Assembly: GCA_003971905.1 (NCBI GenBank)
Contig: RSEE01000077.1
Location: forward strand, 62,001 to 126,000
Origin: Moniliella sp. 'wahieum'
Taxonomy: Eukaryota
Length of the DNA: 64,000 bases
Direction: 5' to 3'
Each line of letters opens with the position of its first letter. Within the stretch, counting starts at the first letter, position 1. The notes beneath the pieces were generated by a model. The model had not been told where the DNA came from, searched no databases, and worked only from the letters and a program-made list of their open reading frames with translations. Made by a program: the position numbers and the translations under genes. Shown here one piece after another: positions 12,998 to 24,552 of this stretch.

Positions 12998-14403
12998 TGT
13001 TACTCTTGAGATCTGAACAGAGCGCCTCCGATGCCGAAGCCAGAATTCGTTCGAGGGCAGCCGCGCAGGGTCGCCCAGTACAGCCACTGCGCCGCCGCTC
13101 CAAGCGCGTCACTGACGCGTGCTTGGCAAATCAAACTCTAACCGGCACTCCATTCCCATTCACCCGCACATGTCCCACTACCTACCTCCTGTTCTCTCCC
13201 TTGCGCTGGGCGAACGAAATCGGCTGTACATTCAGGTTGAAGCATGAGCCACGAGTACTGAGTTGATACGAACAAGGCATGTTCGAATCTTCGCTTCTCT
13301 CATGGCCCCGCCAGGGGGCTCGCTCGAGTTGTGGGTGGTACGATCCCTTAGGGGACGGTACTAGGGAGAGAGAGGTCTTTGGTGGGGCGGCTGCACGTGT
13401 GGCAAAAGGCTGTATCTGCACCGGCTTGGGCCGTAGTAATGTGTCTGAAGCCTTCGGGACTTAGGGACGGGAGGAGGCAGTGGTAGACAAACACTGCCTT
13501 AACTGAGACCGGATAGAGACTGGAAATCGATCGCGGCTGAAGGAGGGCTCGCGCGACTGGACCGATGGCGTGCTGGAGGACGAGATCGGAAGAGGAGTCG
13601 GAAGCTAAGAAGGGAGGATGCTGCCTTACTGGATCAATTGGCTGGAAAACGGGCAGGAGTCGGACAGGATAGGCGGGAGGGACGGGAGGGTGGACAAGGA
13701 CAAGAGTGAAGACGAGAATGGAAGAGTGGGGGAAAGGATCCCCATCAACCGAGGTACAGGCAAGATTAATAGGGAAAACGGATACAAGAGGGGGGTATAG
13801 AAAGGAAGAACGTCAAAAGAGGGGTTGGTCGCTACAGAGGCGCGCGACCGAGAAGGAAAAGGACGCGGGGATAGGCGACGGTCGTCACAAAATACTGTGG
13901 CCTTATTTGGGCCGACGGCCGGGCGGGGGGCGACTCTTGTCGCGAGGATGCATGGCCCCACGGCCACGTACCTAATTTAAAAGTTAACCAACCATCATCA
14001 CATTCACATGTCATGCATGTCACACTTGGTTGGACTGCGGAGCACGCTCCACTGGGCATGTGCAGAGCAGGCGGGGCTTGGCTTGGATCGGACCATCTCA
14101 TGTCCAACGGCATCAACGTCATCAACAGCCGTGGACTTGCCAGGCCCCGCGCCATTTCGCTGGCCAGCCACAGCACTGTAAGTCAGAGCTGCGTCCGGCG
14201 CGTGTCGGAACAAGCGTCACGCGCGTCACGCGTCAAGGTTCAAGGTTCAAGACGAGCTGGTCCCGCCTCTGGAATGCAGCTGTGAATTGGTGCGCCGGCC
14301 GGCGGATCGACTGGACAAGTTGATCAAATGGGTCAAGCGGATCAAGCGCAAGCTCTGGATTCGGAGCGCTGCATGATGGAAATGGAGCGGATCGACAGAC
14401 AAC

Positions 14404-14428
14404 GTACTAAGTACTAAGTACTAAGTAC
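14404..14428. repeat. Heptamer array GTAC-TAA x3
   Basis: GTACTAAGTACTAAGTACTAAGTAC. Confidence 0.9.
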
Positions 14429-14692
14429 ACTAAGTACCAACAGAGGTAGTAAAACAAGGAAATAAATTGTCACGTGGCCGGGGGCATGTCACATGCCCGC
14501 CTGCACGAGGAAGACAACTAGCTATATTACCTTCGCACTGCGTTTACACGTTTACCTCTCTGCTCTTTCCTCCTTCCCCTCCACCACATAGGGGTCCCCC
14601 AGCAACCGCATGCGTCCCCCCAAGACGCGCTCGCGTCCCAATCCGATGTGGTCGACAACGACGCCCCAATCTACCTCCATCAAATCCGCATC

Positions 14693-15839
14693 ATGGTTCC
14701 ATTCCTTTACAGGATCGTTCGCCAGCCATCCCGCACCGCTGATACCGCCTTGCCTTGGACGCAGTCCTTGGCCTACCATTACCTCCACGACGACGATTCG
14801 GGGAGCGTGTGCGCATCGGATGCATCTGACACCAGCGTCCGATCCAGCAAGAACTGCATCAGCACCAAGTCCTCCCCCCTGCCCTCCCCCCTTCTCCCCC
14901 CCGCTCTCCCCTCGCCTTCCCTTTGGTCCGAACCTTTGAGGTCGACTCTGATGTCACAAGCCCATCCCTTTCTCGCCCTCTCGGGTGTCCCTTCTCTTCT
15001 CTCCCCAGCGATGGGGTTGAGTCGACCACAACAAATAGCTTGTTTTGCCGCATGGTACGTCTCTCTTTCTTGTCGCCTCTGCTGAGGCTCTAACGATCCA
15101 AGTATACTGGTTTCTAATGTTCTGACCTAACTGGCGTTTTGACACAGTTCCTTGTGGGATCGAGTGTGTCCATGGCGGCAGCCGTGCTGTATCTGTTTGA
15201 CACGAGATACGAGCCGGTGTTTGACGTTTTTTACCCAATAGGCTCCTTTTGCTCTTTTGTTGGATCTGGATTCTTGATGGACGTAAGCAAACACCCAACC
15301 CCTCCCTTCTCCTCTTTGTTTGGACCCTAATGACGTTTTATTGGAACGAAATACTAACACTAACACTGCTCTGATCTGTCCTGCACCAACGTTGTTCTGT
15401 TCGGCGGCTGGGTCCCCAGTACGTAGACCAGCTGAAGATCATGTTCAAACCGGTCCGGATTGTCCCCTCCATCTTCATGCTCACTGCGTTTGTGATGATC
15501 GGGGTCAGCGCATACAACTTGGGTGTGTTTATTGCCATCATTTGCAACGCCGTCATGAACGGCGCGTACCTCTGGTATGCACTTTCTCTCGTACCCAGCA
15601 TACAAAATTGTACGTGCTCGTGGCAGCGATTCGCTTTTCCTTCTCCATCATCCGATATGTCTAGCGACTCTGTACTGACGCTGATACGTCCCGAATGGTT
15701 CATTCGCTCTTATCTTTCTCTTGCCTCTCGATGGTTGTGGTTCTTGATGGACGATTTTGACTCTGCCTTGGCTGATGGGTTTGACGGTTATGTTCCCCTC
15801 CCTTTTTTGCTCTCTGTTCGCAGTCTTCACATGTCGTAA
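14693..15839 (+). CDS. SFT2: SFT2-domain vesicle transport membrane protein (multi-intron; ends approximate)
   Basis: GLSRPQQIACFAAW, IGSFCSFVGSGFL, QLKIMFKPVRIVPS, AYLWYALS; exons bounded by GTACGT/GTAAGC..AG. Confidence 0.72.
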
Positions 15840-16472
15840 AAGGAGATGAGCCGAACCTCTCACACTCTCTATCACTTTTCTATCTCCCTCGATCCCTTCT
15901 TTATCGAGCGTTATCCTTATCTTTCCTACATCGTTCCTTACCCTCCTTACCCTTACCGTGTTGCTGTCCCTCCTTCGTGTCCCATCTCCAACAATCAGCA
16001 CCTACTAGTACTATTAACGTATATCTGTTGTGTCTGTGTCTGTGTCTGTGTCACACATTGTACGTGAATTCTTTTTCCTTCTTCAGACCTGGCACCTGCA
16101 TCTCGTTCCTTCATTATGCCCACCATTGCACTCCAGTGTTCCACGCCGCGTACAGAACCATCCAAAGCTCGCTCATTAAGCATTCCTATACCCCAACCAA
16201 TACAGCTAGAACATCATGTAAGGGAAAGTGTTGGTGGCTCATCATAAGTACCGACCATCCTGGCAAAAAAATATGACCGATCCAGATCCACAAACGATCA
16301 GATCTGGACGGCGTATCGGGCCCCGGGACCTGGATTGAGTTCTCTTTAGAGTTAAGGCGGGATGGAGAGGACGAAAGGACGAAAAACAACTGACATCGTT
16401 CATCCCGCCTTTGGGGACGGCGGATATATGTGGTATATGAGGTAGATGTACGTTGGACAAAGCAAAGCAAAT

Positions 16473-16567
16473 GGCATCGTGGTGTAGTTGGTTATCACGT
16501 ATCCTTAACACTGGTCTAGTGCCCAAGTTAACGGATAAGGTCCTCGGTTCGATCCCGGGCGAAGTCA
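16473..16567 (+). tRNA. tRNA-Val(AAC) with 21-nt intron (16511-16531), copy 2
   Basis: Same cloverleaf as copy 1 with 2 substitutions; TTTTTT terminator directly downstream. Confidence 0.93.
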
Positions 16568-16929
16568 CTTTTTTGGTTGCTTGTTTGGCCGGTTGGTCCC
16601 ACCCAACAAACCCAACCGACCAGGCCGAGGTGGTCTTTCTTTGGCCGCCACGCAGCAATGAAGTTAATGAAGCCTCATTACTACGGCCTGCTGGCCCTCC
16701 ATCCGTCATTCGTCGTCATCCGCGTCATCTACCACAGCCACCCGGGACGAAGCTGTTCGTCAACGTTCATCGTTCATCGTTCATCGTTCATCGACATGCA
16801 ACTCATGAGCGCCCACTGCGATGAGCACGGAGCCGATACGAAGGCATTAAGCATTCGTATCCCGTAACGCGTAACACATACCCCGCCAATTGCGCCCGCG
16901 GTCCAACCGTACACCCAAGCCGCGACTTG

Positions 16930-18125
16930 GTCTCCGTTCTCCGTTCTCCGTTCTCCGTTCATCTTTCAGCACGCTCAATGTTCACCCCGCCTGCCCCTGG
17001 CTGCCCCTCATTGATCACTAGTCACTCCCTCCCCGCCTACTAAACCAATTCTAGCCAAAGTAGCCCCCTCCAATTCCCCGCGTCGTACGAGCCACTAAGT
17101 AGCGAAGCTACTAGCCCCCTAGCCCCCTAGCCCACAACCATCTGCAATTTTTCGCGACGAACCGCGGCGCGGGGATCTGTTTGGCCAACGCGAGGCCGCG
17201 AGCCAACCGCGTAGCCAACCGCGTAGCCAACCACGTAGCCAACCAGCTAACCAGCGAGAAGAAACCGACCGGGATACCGAGATGGACAGATATTACTAGT
17301 GCGCGCGCAAGCCCAAGATAATACATGTACAACCTCCTCCGACATTGCCACCACGTCGTAGTGGAGGAGTCTCCCGGTAGCCACCCCCGAAGCGTACGAC
17401 TATTAACGGCCCAGCATGCGACACGGGGCAAAGCGCTCAGCACGTGGCACACGGTACACGTACACGGTACACGGTACACGGTACACAGCATGCAGCATGC
17501 AGCAAGAGGTGCGTGAGAGCGGGGTCGCGGTCGCACGCGCGCGTGGCCGAGTCCAGGAACAAAGGGAGAAGAAGAGAGAGGAGCAGGATCGAAATCGCGA
17601 TCGAAATCGCGATAGAGACCGAAATCGCGATGGAGATGAAGACGAAGATGGGGATGGAGATGGAGATGGAGATGGAGATTGAGAACGAAACAAAGCAAAA
17701 CGAAACGAAACAAATCAAAACAAATCAAAACAAAACAACACCCAGCGGCGAAGGGGGAAGGGGGAAGGGGAAGGCCTAAGGGAGAACAAGGGCGTGGGAA
17801 AGGAACAGAGGAAGATCAAAGACCAAAGACCAAAACCCTCCTCTTAGTACGCACAGTACCGACCCGAGGTACGACGCACGACGGAGGACGCACGACGCAC
17901 AAGGCAACAGGCACGAAGCACAAGGCACGAAGCACGAGGCGCGAGGCAACAGGCACGACGCAAGAAAGGAAAAAAAATAAACACCACCCAGCCACCCAGC
18001 CAATCGAAAGGGACTGAACGAATATTGAATCCGCAACCGCTACCCCGCCCATGCGTTCCATCGGGTTTAGGTCTCCCCCTGGCCCTGGCCCTTATCCCCT
18101 CCCACACCCACACCCACACCCACAC
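16930..18125. repeat. Cluster of short tandem repeats downstream of OPI1
   Basis: (CTCCGTT)n ~16932, (GCGTAGCCAACC)n ~17200-17243, (CACGGTA)n ~17450-17485, (GGAGAT)n ~17655, (CAAAA/CGAAA)n ~17690-17735, (CACACC)n ~18103. Confidence 0.85.
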
Positions 18126-18134
18126 GGGCAGACC

Positions 18135-20484
18135 TCAAACCTCATCTCCCCTAGGGCTCGACTTGAGGTTCGACGTAGGGTTAGGTGAGGGACTGGCCAA
18201 GCGCGTGCCCGCGGCGCGCGCAGCAGCGGGCAAAGTCGGATCAAACGTCGACGATGGCGGGGTAGGATGCGTTCCTGTTCCCGGTCCAGAGCCGGATATG
18301 GGCAGGGGGAAGGAACTACGTGGCGGCTCGGCTGAGCCCAATCGGCCTTGCGCATGCGAAGCGGAAGAGATACTGAGTCGGTGGGCATGGGAGTGCGCAT
18401 GGGAGTGCGCATGGGGGGGAGTGGGACAGCGAGTGGGATTGGGAAGGACCCCTTCGTCGTCCCAAAGGCGGGAGTAAGGGTACTCCGAAGCGGATGCCGA
18501 TGCCGAGGTGGAAGCGGACAAAGATAAGGTACCTGAGAGTGTATGTGCGTACGGTCGGTTGGGCCTTGTTCGTCGTCGTTTGGACCCGGCAGTGGTGGTG
18601 GACCGGTCGCTGACTTGGCTGGGACTTAGTGCGCGCGTGGCCCTGTCTGCGTCGGCGTCCATGTCCGGTTCCGCGTCGTCCATCTTGCCCTTGCCCTCTG
18701 CCCCGGTCGGGCCTGCGCCGTTGGAGGGATAAGACGGGTGAGAGGGATGGGAAGAGGCGTAGGACCTCGTAGGGTGGTAGGACAAATGTCCCGAGACGCC
18801 AGCAGCCGATGAAGACTCGATCGCTAAAGCGTGTCTCGTGTCTGAAGCAGAAGGATTCGGGCCTACCGTCAAAGTTTCCTCGTGTGCGCGTTTACGCTGC
18901 AAGCCCACGGCGCGTAACCGGTCGACCCACAAATCCACCCGGTCCAGTGACTCGCCAAACACGACAGTCCGTTACGTAGAATGTCGAGGCTCTCGACCGT
19001 CAGGGTAAACACCTTGTTCGCTGCTGCTGCCGTACGTTCCGTCTCGTCTCGCCCGACCGATGGGCGCACTGTTGACGGACGTCCACCGGGCCGGGAGGGA
19101 AAGTATGAACCCTTTGACTGTTGTACGTGCGGCAGAGGGTAAAGCGGCACCAGCGTACTTTGATACCACATCTACCACTCCCCGAATGGTATTCACCACA
19201 TCGCCCTTGATCTGGACCAAGTTCGCTGCGATCGGGGCTTGAGCCAATGCCGACGTATCCAATTCCCCATGGTTGATTTGGACCATCACGTCACGCAGCG
19301 CAGTAATGTGGTGCTCAAGGTGCGCCGTGGCATATTGCAGCCACTGGAGACAATACTTGAGCGATTTGATCGACTCGGGTCGCGCAGCAATCGCACCTGT
19401 CAACCCTCCTGCCGTCACACCCGCTTCGACCAGCATGCCTGTCAGCCCCGATCGCCCCGACGGCTGCACACGGCGCGAAGAGAGCAGAGCGGCAGCCTGG
19501 GCAGGTGCACCGTCAGCGTCCATGGCAGAAGGGGGCAAGTCCGCCGAGGTAGGTAGGCACCCGGTGCGACCCCGCTGGGATCCGGACTCAGTGCGGGGCC
19601 GCGGTAGCGCAGCCCGGAATGGTCCGGCTGGGGCGTGAGCGTGTGGGAAGGCGGGGAGGCGGATGGGGCAGCAGAGTTGAGCGGGTGAGGTAAGCGGCCC
19701 ATGCTTGCGTCCAGCTCGCGGCCCGTCGACGACGAGAGTGCAGGCCGAGCCAAATCGGGCCGACGGGCATGCAGCACATACAACCATGCTTGACGTTCTT
19801 GCACGTCTTGGTCAGCGGGAGATAGGTGGGCCCAGGTGGTAGCCCGCTGTTCGGCGACAGTGGCTTGAATTTGTTTCGCCTCGTGCGGGGCGAGGACGAG
19901 GTCGAGGGCGGCGGCCAGGTCGGGGCCCGAAGGACCAGTGAGAAGGTCGGTAGGACGGTCGAGGGAGGAGGAAGGGTAAATCCAATCCAGTTGGCGGCGC
20001 GCAAAGCCATCTAGCTGTTGCACGTTCGATTCGCCCAGCACGCCCCCCCACGCGTGCGATGACAGGCCGGCCAAGAGACTCGACGAGGCCAGCACTGTAT
20101 TTGACCAGGACGCTGTTTTGTTTGGCGCGGGCATAGGCGTCGAGGGTGCCGCGCACGAGCGGATGGCCACCAACACGTCGGGGGGAGCGTCCGAGTCCGA
20201 GTGGGCCGGGGCGGTGGAGGTGACGCAGCTGGGGAGGGTGAGGGAGGGCGGGTCCGAGTCGACGGTGGTGGAGGAGGTGGTGGCGGCGGGAGGTGGAGGA
20301 GGGCGCCCAGGAGGCGGTGCGCATGCTGCCGAGGGCGGAGGCGGCGAGGCGGACATTGTCGGGGTCGTCGGGCTGGTCGAGCTCGTCGAGGCGGAGGGCG
20401 GACATTTGGCGGGGAGGTGCTGGACGGAGGCCGGGTGGAGACATGGTGGAGGTCCATGCGTTTTGCGCCGCGGGGGGACGCCAT
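18135..20484 (-). CDS. OPI1: Opi1-family transcriptional repressor (frameshifted)
   Basis: DNVRLAASALGSMR, AYARAKQNSVLVKYSAGLVES, SLKYCLQWLQYATAHL, KGDVVNTIRGVVDVVSKYAGAALP, KVFTLTVESLDIL, FGESLDRVDLWVDRL. Confidence 0.88.
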
Positions 20485-21189
20485 GGTGGGGGGGCAGACG
20501 GGTGGTGGTGGTGGTGGTGGTGTGGCGGCGTGGTGGCGGTGGTGAGGGGCAGAGGGGCTGGCGCTGCGGCAGACGGCGGCGGGTGCGGGTGGATGGATGC
20601 GGTTGGATGCTGGGGTGTTGCTGGCTGGGGCTGCTGATGTAATGCGCAGCTGGTGTGTGGCGGGGTGCCTGCGTGCGCTGCGCTGTGGAGGAGGCGGGGA
20701 CAACCCATGCGAGGGGCGCTTGCCTGCGTTGGCCACTCGCTGCTTGCGCCGGCTGATTAATGATTAATGGGTAGTACGCTTAGTCCTTAGCCGTTGCGAA
20801 ACGGCGCCCACGGTGGCCATCTGTCTCGCCCCGTCCCGTCCCGTCCGTCCCAGCCCACGCGCAGCTGCGAGGGGAGCGTGCACACAGACAGCACCCACAG
20901 CGCGATGGGGCGCCGTGCCAGCCAACTGGCAACCCAAACAAACGCAGCGCCTCTCCGCCTCCCCCGCTGTGCCTGGGTCTGGCCGTGGCAGCATGACATG
21001 CATGACATGTGGCAGCCGAGCGGCGACCATCGCATCATCCGTCATCGCTCATCGCTCACGCATCATCATGTGACCCACTCGTTCACGTCCGCTTGTCATG
21101 CATGCCATGTCATCCATCATCACACGTCACGCGCAGACAGGCCTCCAGCCAGACTCATCCTCCGGCGTCGGGGGATTCAAGCTTCAGCT

Positions 21190-21231
21190 TCACGCATCAC
21201 GCGTCACGCATCACGCATCACGCATCAAGCA
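21190..21231. repeat. Heptamer array TCA-CGCA/CGCG x6
   Basis: TCACGCATCACGCGTCACGCATCACGCATCACGCATCAAGCA. Confidence 0.9.
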
Positions 21232-22018
21232 CCCAGTCCCTGGGCCTAGCAAGCGCCCCCTACTAAACCGCAGGTGGCCGCCTCGGGCCTCCCCACTCGG
21301 ACGTGGGGCAGCGTCCGCTTTCACACGCCCCGCCCCGCCCCGCCGCTGGCCCAACCATTTGATCTGGCCAGCGGCCACCGCGCTCCCCCGTCCGCCGTCC
21401 AACGTCCAACACGCTTCCACCGCCCAATCTCATCCCCCTCCCAACACTCTCAGAACCGAGGGGGTGCCACACTGGCGCCACCCCATCGTGGCCATCGCCT
21501 CTCCTGCCTGCCTTGTTGGCCTTGGCCTTGTCTGTCACGACGTCGCCTGTAGCTCGTAGTGACACCGACCACTAGTGTCGATAGCTTGCCCTTGAGATCG
21601 ACCCACAAACCTGCCTGCGGCGTCGCCTGGCTCTGAACGTGGAACGTTGAGCGCCAGGCCGCAGCAGCAACCCTAGCAGCGAGCATGCCATGCCCATCGC
21701 ATTTGCTCGTTTCAACTTGCAACTTCCACAATAAGGGCGGTGACGTGGCAGCGTGTGGGCTTTCTGCGCGCACTTGGCGCTTTCTGTCTCGTTCGGTTCA
21801 ACGCGTGGTGCAACGGTGCGCTTGAACGTTCAAGAAGGCGGAGGATCGCTTGGAGCGTCCCTCTGCCACGGCTTCCGCGGGCGGGCGTGGGTTGCCCCAC
21901 TCGGCCTCGGCTAGCCTGGGCGTGGCTGCGGCTGGGCTTTGGTGCTTCCCGCGCTCTTGGACTTTGCCCTGCGCTTGCGCTTGCCCCTCCTCCTGCTTCT
22001 TCCCGCCGCCGCAGCCGC

Positions 22019-23305
22019 ATGGAGCGTTTCTCCAAGTTCCGTGACCCCGGCACGGGGATCCAAGTCTTCCTCCCGCCCGTCGCCACGGGCCAAGGCGTGG
22101 CGGCCGTGCTGCTGGCGCCGCTTTGCTGGGTGGTCGGGGCAGTGCGTGCGCTGCTCCTGCTGCTCGTGGCTGGTGGGTACTTAGTTCTGCACCACACGCT
22201 TGGCCAAACCCATGCGCAACTAGACCGGCGCGTAACGCAGTGTTCTGCCCGTGCCGCCCTCGCTTGCCTCGGCTACCTCCGCCTGCACCCCGAAACAGCT
22301 TCGGTGTACCGGAAAGGTCCGCGCGCGTTGTCTGCCCTCCCGCCCGCGGCGACGGTGCAGCCTCAGCCAGGCGACTTGGTCGTGTCCAACTACTCGTCCT
22401 GGATCGACGTGTTGATCCTCATGGCGTGGTGGGCTCCGCAGTTTGTCGTTCCGGTTGTTTCGCCGAGCGCGGCGCGTGGCGTGAGCGCCATGGCGTCCGC
22501 AGCTAGTGCTGGTGCTGGTCCCACGGGCGCAGCGGCACGGCGAGCGGCCAAGCGCGATCCAGCGCGCAACACCAGTGCGAATTCCAGTGCTAGTGCCAGC
22601 ACATCTACCGGTGCCGGTGGCAGTGTGCCCACCGAGTCGGGCGTACTGGGGTGGCGCATCGTATCGTGGTGGGAAGTGGTACGGAGCACGGGGTGTGCAG
22701 CCTCGTCGTCTGCGCCAGCCGGGTCGGGACGTATGTTCCCCAATGCGGTTGAGGCAGCCGAGAGTCTCAGTAAGAAAAGTACGCCTGCGCACGAACGAAC
22801 GCCATTGGTCTTGTTCCCTGAACTGGTTACGTCCAACAACCGCGCCCTGCTAGCTCCGGCACCTTGCTTCCCCGTTTCGTGGCGTGGATTTTTACGTGTG
22901 CAAGGGCACTTGCGTTTGGGTGCGGGGCAACCGGGCCTGACGCTCGTAGGGATCAAACATGCACCTCCTTCGTCACTTTCGTGCTCAGCAGTAATGAGTG
23001 TCCCGGACGAAACGGCGTCGCCAGCGAGACACGCATGGAAGTTGTGCTGCAGCCTGACCTGGTCACGTGGCGTCGTGGTGCGCATCTTGGCCCCTGACGA
23101 GGTACCTACAGCCGAAGGGTTTTCCCTCGCCCACGTTCTTGGACCCGAAGGCGCAAGGGAAATCGTTTCTAATGCACCTACCTCGCCCAGCCGCGACGCA
23201 GTGGCAGAGACGTGCATGTCGCTCGTCTCGGCTATGGCGCGCTTGCGCCGCACACGTTTGTCCTGGCAGGACAAACAGGCGTTCTTGGCCATGTACCGGC
23301 ACTAG
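22019..23305 (+). CDS. LOA1: Lysophosphatidic acid acyltransferase, Loa1/Vps66-like
   Basis: MERFSKFRDPGTGIQVFLP N-terminus typical of Vps66/Loa1; SNYSSWID and LFPELVTSNNRALL acyltransferase motifs; intact ORF. Confidence 0.85.
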   Translation: MERFSKFRDPGTGIQVFLPPVATGQGVAAVLLAPLCWVVGAVRALLLLLVAGGYLVLHHTLGQTHAQLDRRVTQCSARAALACLGYLRLHPETASVYRKGPRALSALPPAATVQPQPGDLVVSNYSSWIDVLILMAWWAPQFVVPVVSPSAARGVSAMASAASAGAGPTGAAARRAAKRDPARNTSANSSASASTSTGAGGSVPTESGVLGWRIVSWWEVVRSTGCAASSSAPAGSGRMFPNAVEAAESLSKKSTPAHERTPLVLFPELVTSNNRALLAPAPCFPVSWRGFLRVQGHLRLGAGQPGLTLVGIKHAPPSSLSCSAVMSVPDETASPARHAWKLCCSLTWSRGVVVRILAPDEVPTAEGFSLAHVLGPEGAREIVSNAPTSPSRDAVAETCMSLVSAMARLRRTRLSWQDKQAFLAMYRH

Positions 23306-24324
23306 GCACTAGGCACTAGCGCGCAGATGGCAAGTTGGATACGGGCATGTATCCTCCCCAGTCTGCTGGGGACCGATTCGTTCCCCTCCATTCCATTTTC
23401 ACCCCCCATTGCCTTCCCTTCCATCCCACGTTCCTACCCTACCCTGCTACGGGTACAAACAATTTCTGTTTCCCATGGCGCACGGAGCGAAAACGTACCC
23501 CACGCACTTAGGTGAGCGTGCAGTGTACGTGTACAGCACAGACCAGACGGTTGTAATGCCGCCCCACCAGAGTGGGCAAAACACACTCTCCCACACAGTT
23601 GCAGGTACTTCCCCTCCTGCCTGCCAGTCACCAGTCACAAGTCATACATCCTAACGCCCAGCTGCGAACGGAGGGAGAGGCTGTCCCCACGTACCTACTG
23701 AGAACTGATCGATGATCGTCCTACTACAGGTGCCCGTTCCGCGGGAAACGGGGGCGCAGGCAGATCCCTCAGGGGGCGCCTGTGAGGTCGGAAGTCGGAG
23801 GGTAAGCACAAGAACCGAAGACGAAGCAGGACACGAACTTGGCTGCACAGCCGGCTATGCTGCCATACAAGGCACCCCGGGGAAGTCGTGGTCGTTGTGG
23901 CGGCACTGGCTGCTGCCCGTGGGAAAGTCCAATATGGTGGATAAGGTTGTGCTGGGCGCCGCGCGTGACCAAACGACCGGCTTGGCAGAGTGAAATGGTG
24001 AGGTGCGATGGGCGCGTCTGGAGACCTTTTTTGAAGTGGTGCATGGTGCATGGTGCATGGTGTATGGGTGCATGGTGTATGGACATGATGCGCGTGCTGG
24101 CAGAACGTCTCGTACTTAGCTTGATTGGTCACCCTGCCCCCTGAGCCTCAGACCTGAGCTTCAGGCCTCATCCTTCCCCGTGGCAGTGGCCAAGTGAGCT
24201 GGCCCGACGGCTGGCCCGACGGCTGGCCCGACGGCCACAGTGGGACCAGTAGCCTGGGAGAGGGGTCAAAACTGGTACTACACTGCTGCACGGTACTCTG
24301 GTTCACACACGTATATGGTCTTCT

Positions 24325-24552
24325 GAGAAGAGAGAGAAGAGAAGAGAAGAGAAGAGAAGAGAGAGAAGAGAAGAGAAAGAGAAGAGAAGAGAAGAGAAGA
24401 GAAGAGAAGAGAGAAGAAGAGAAGAGAAGAGAAGAGAAGAGAAGAGAGAGAAGAGAAGAAGAGAAGAGAAGAGAAGAAGAGAAGAGAGAGAAGAGAAGAG
24501 AAGAGAAGAGAAGAAGAGAAGAGAAGAGAAGAAGAGAAGAGAAGAGAAAGGG
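24325..24552. repeat. ~228-bp pure polypurine (GAGAA/GAA) tract
   Basis: Only A and G on the + strand across the interval. Confidence 0.97.

Noticed and set aside
21740..22018. 93-aa N-terminal extension of the LOA1 ORF
   Set aside because: Starts at GTG; the family N-terminus MERFSKFRD begins at ATG 22019.
22385..22410. NYSSWID lacking the His of the HX4D acyltransferase motif
   Set aside because: As far as I recall, Loa1/Vps66-type proteins commonly deviate here; not evidence of inactivation.
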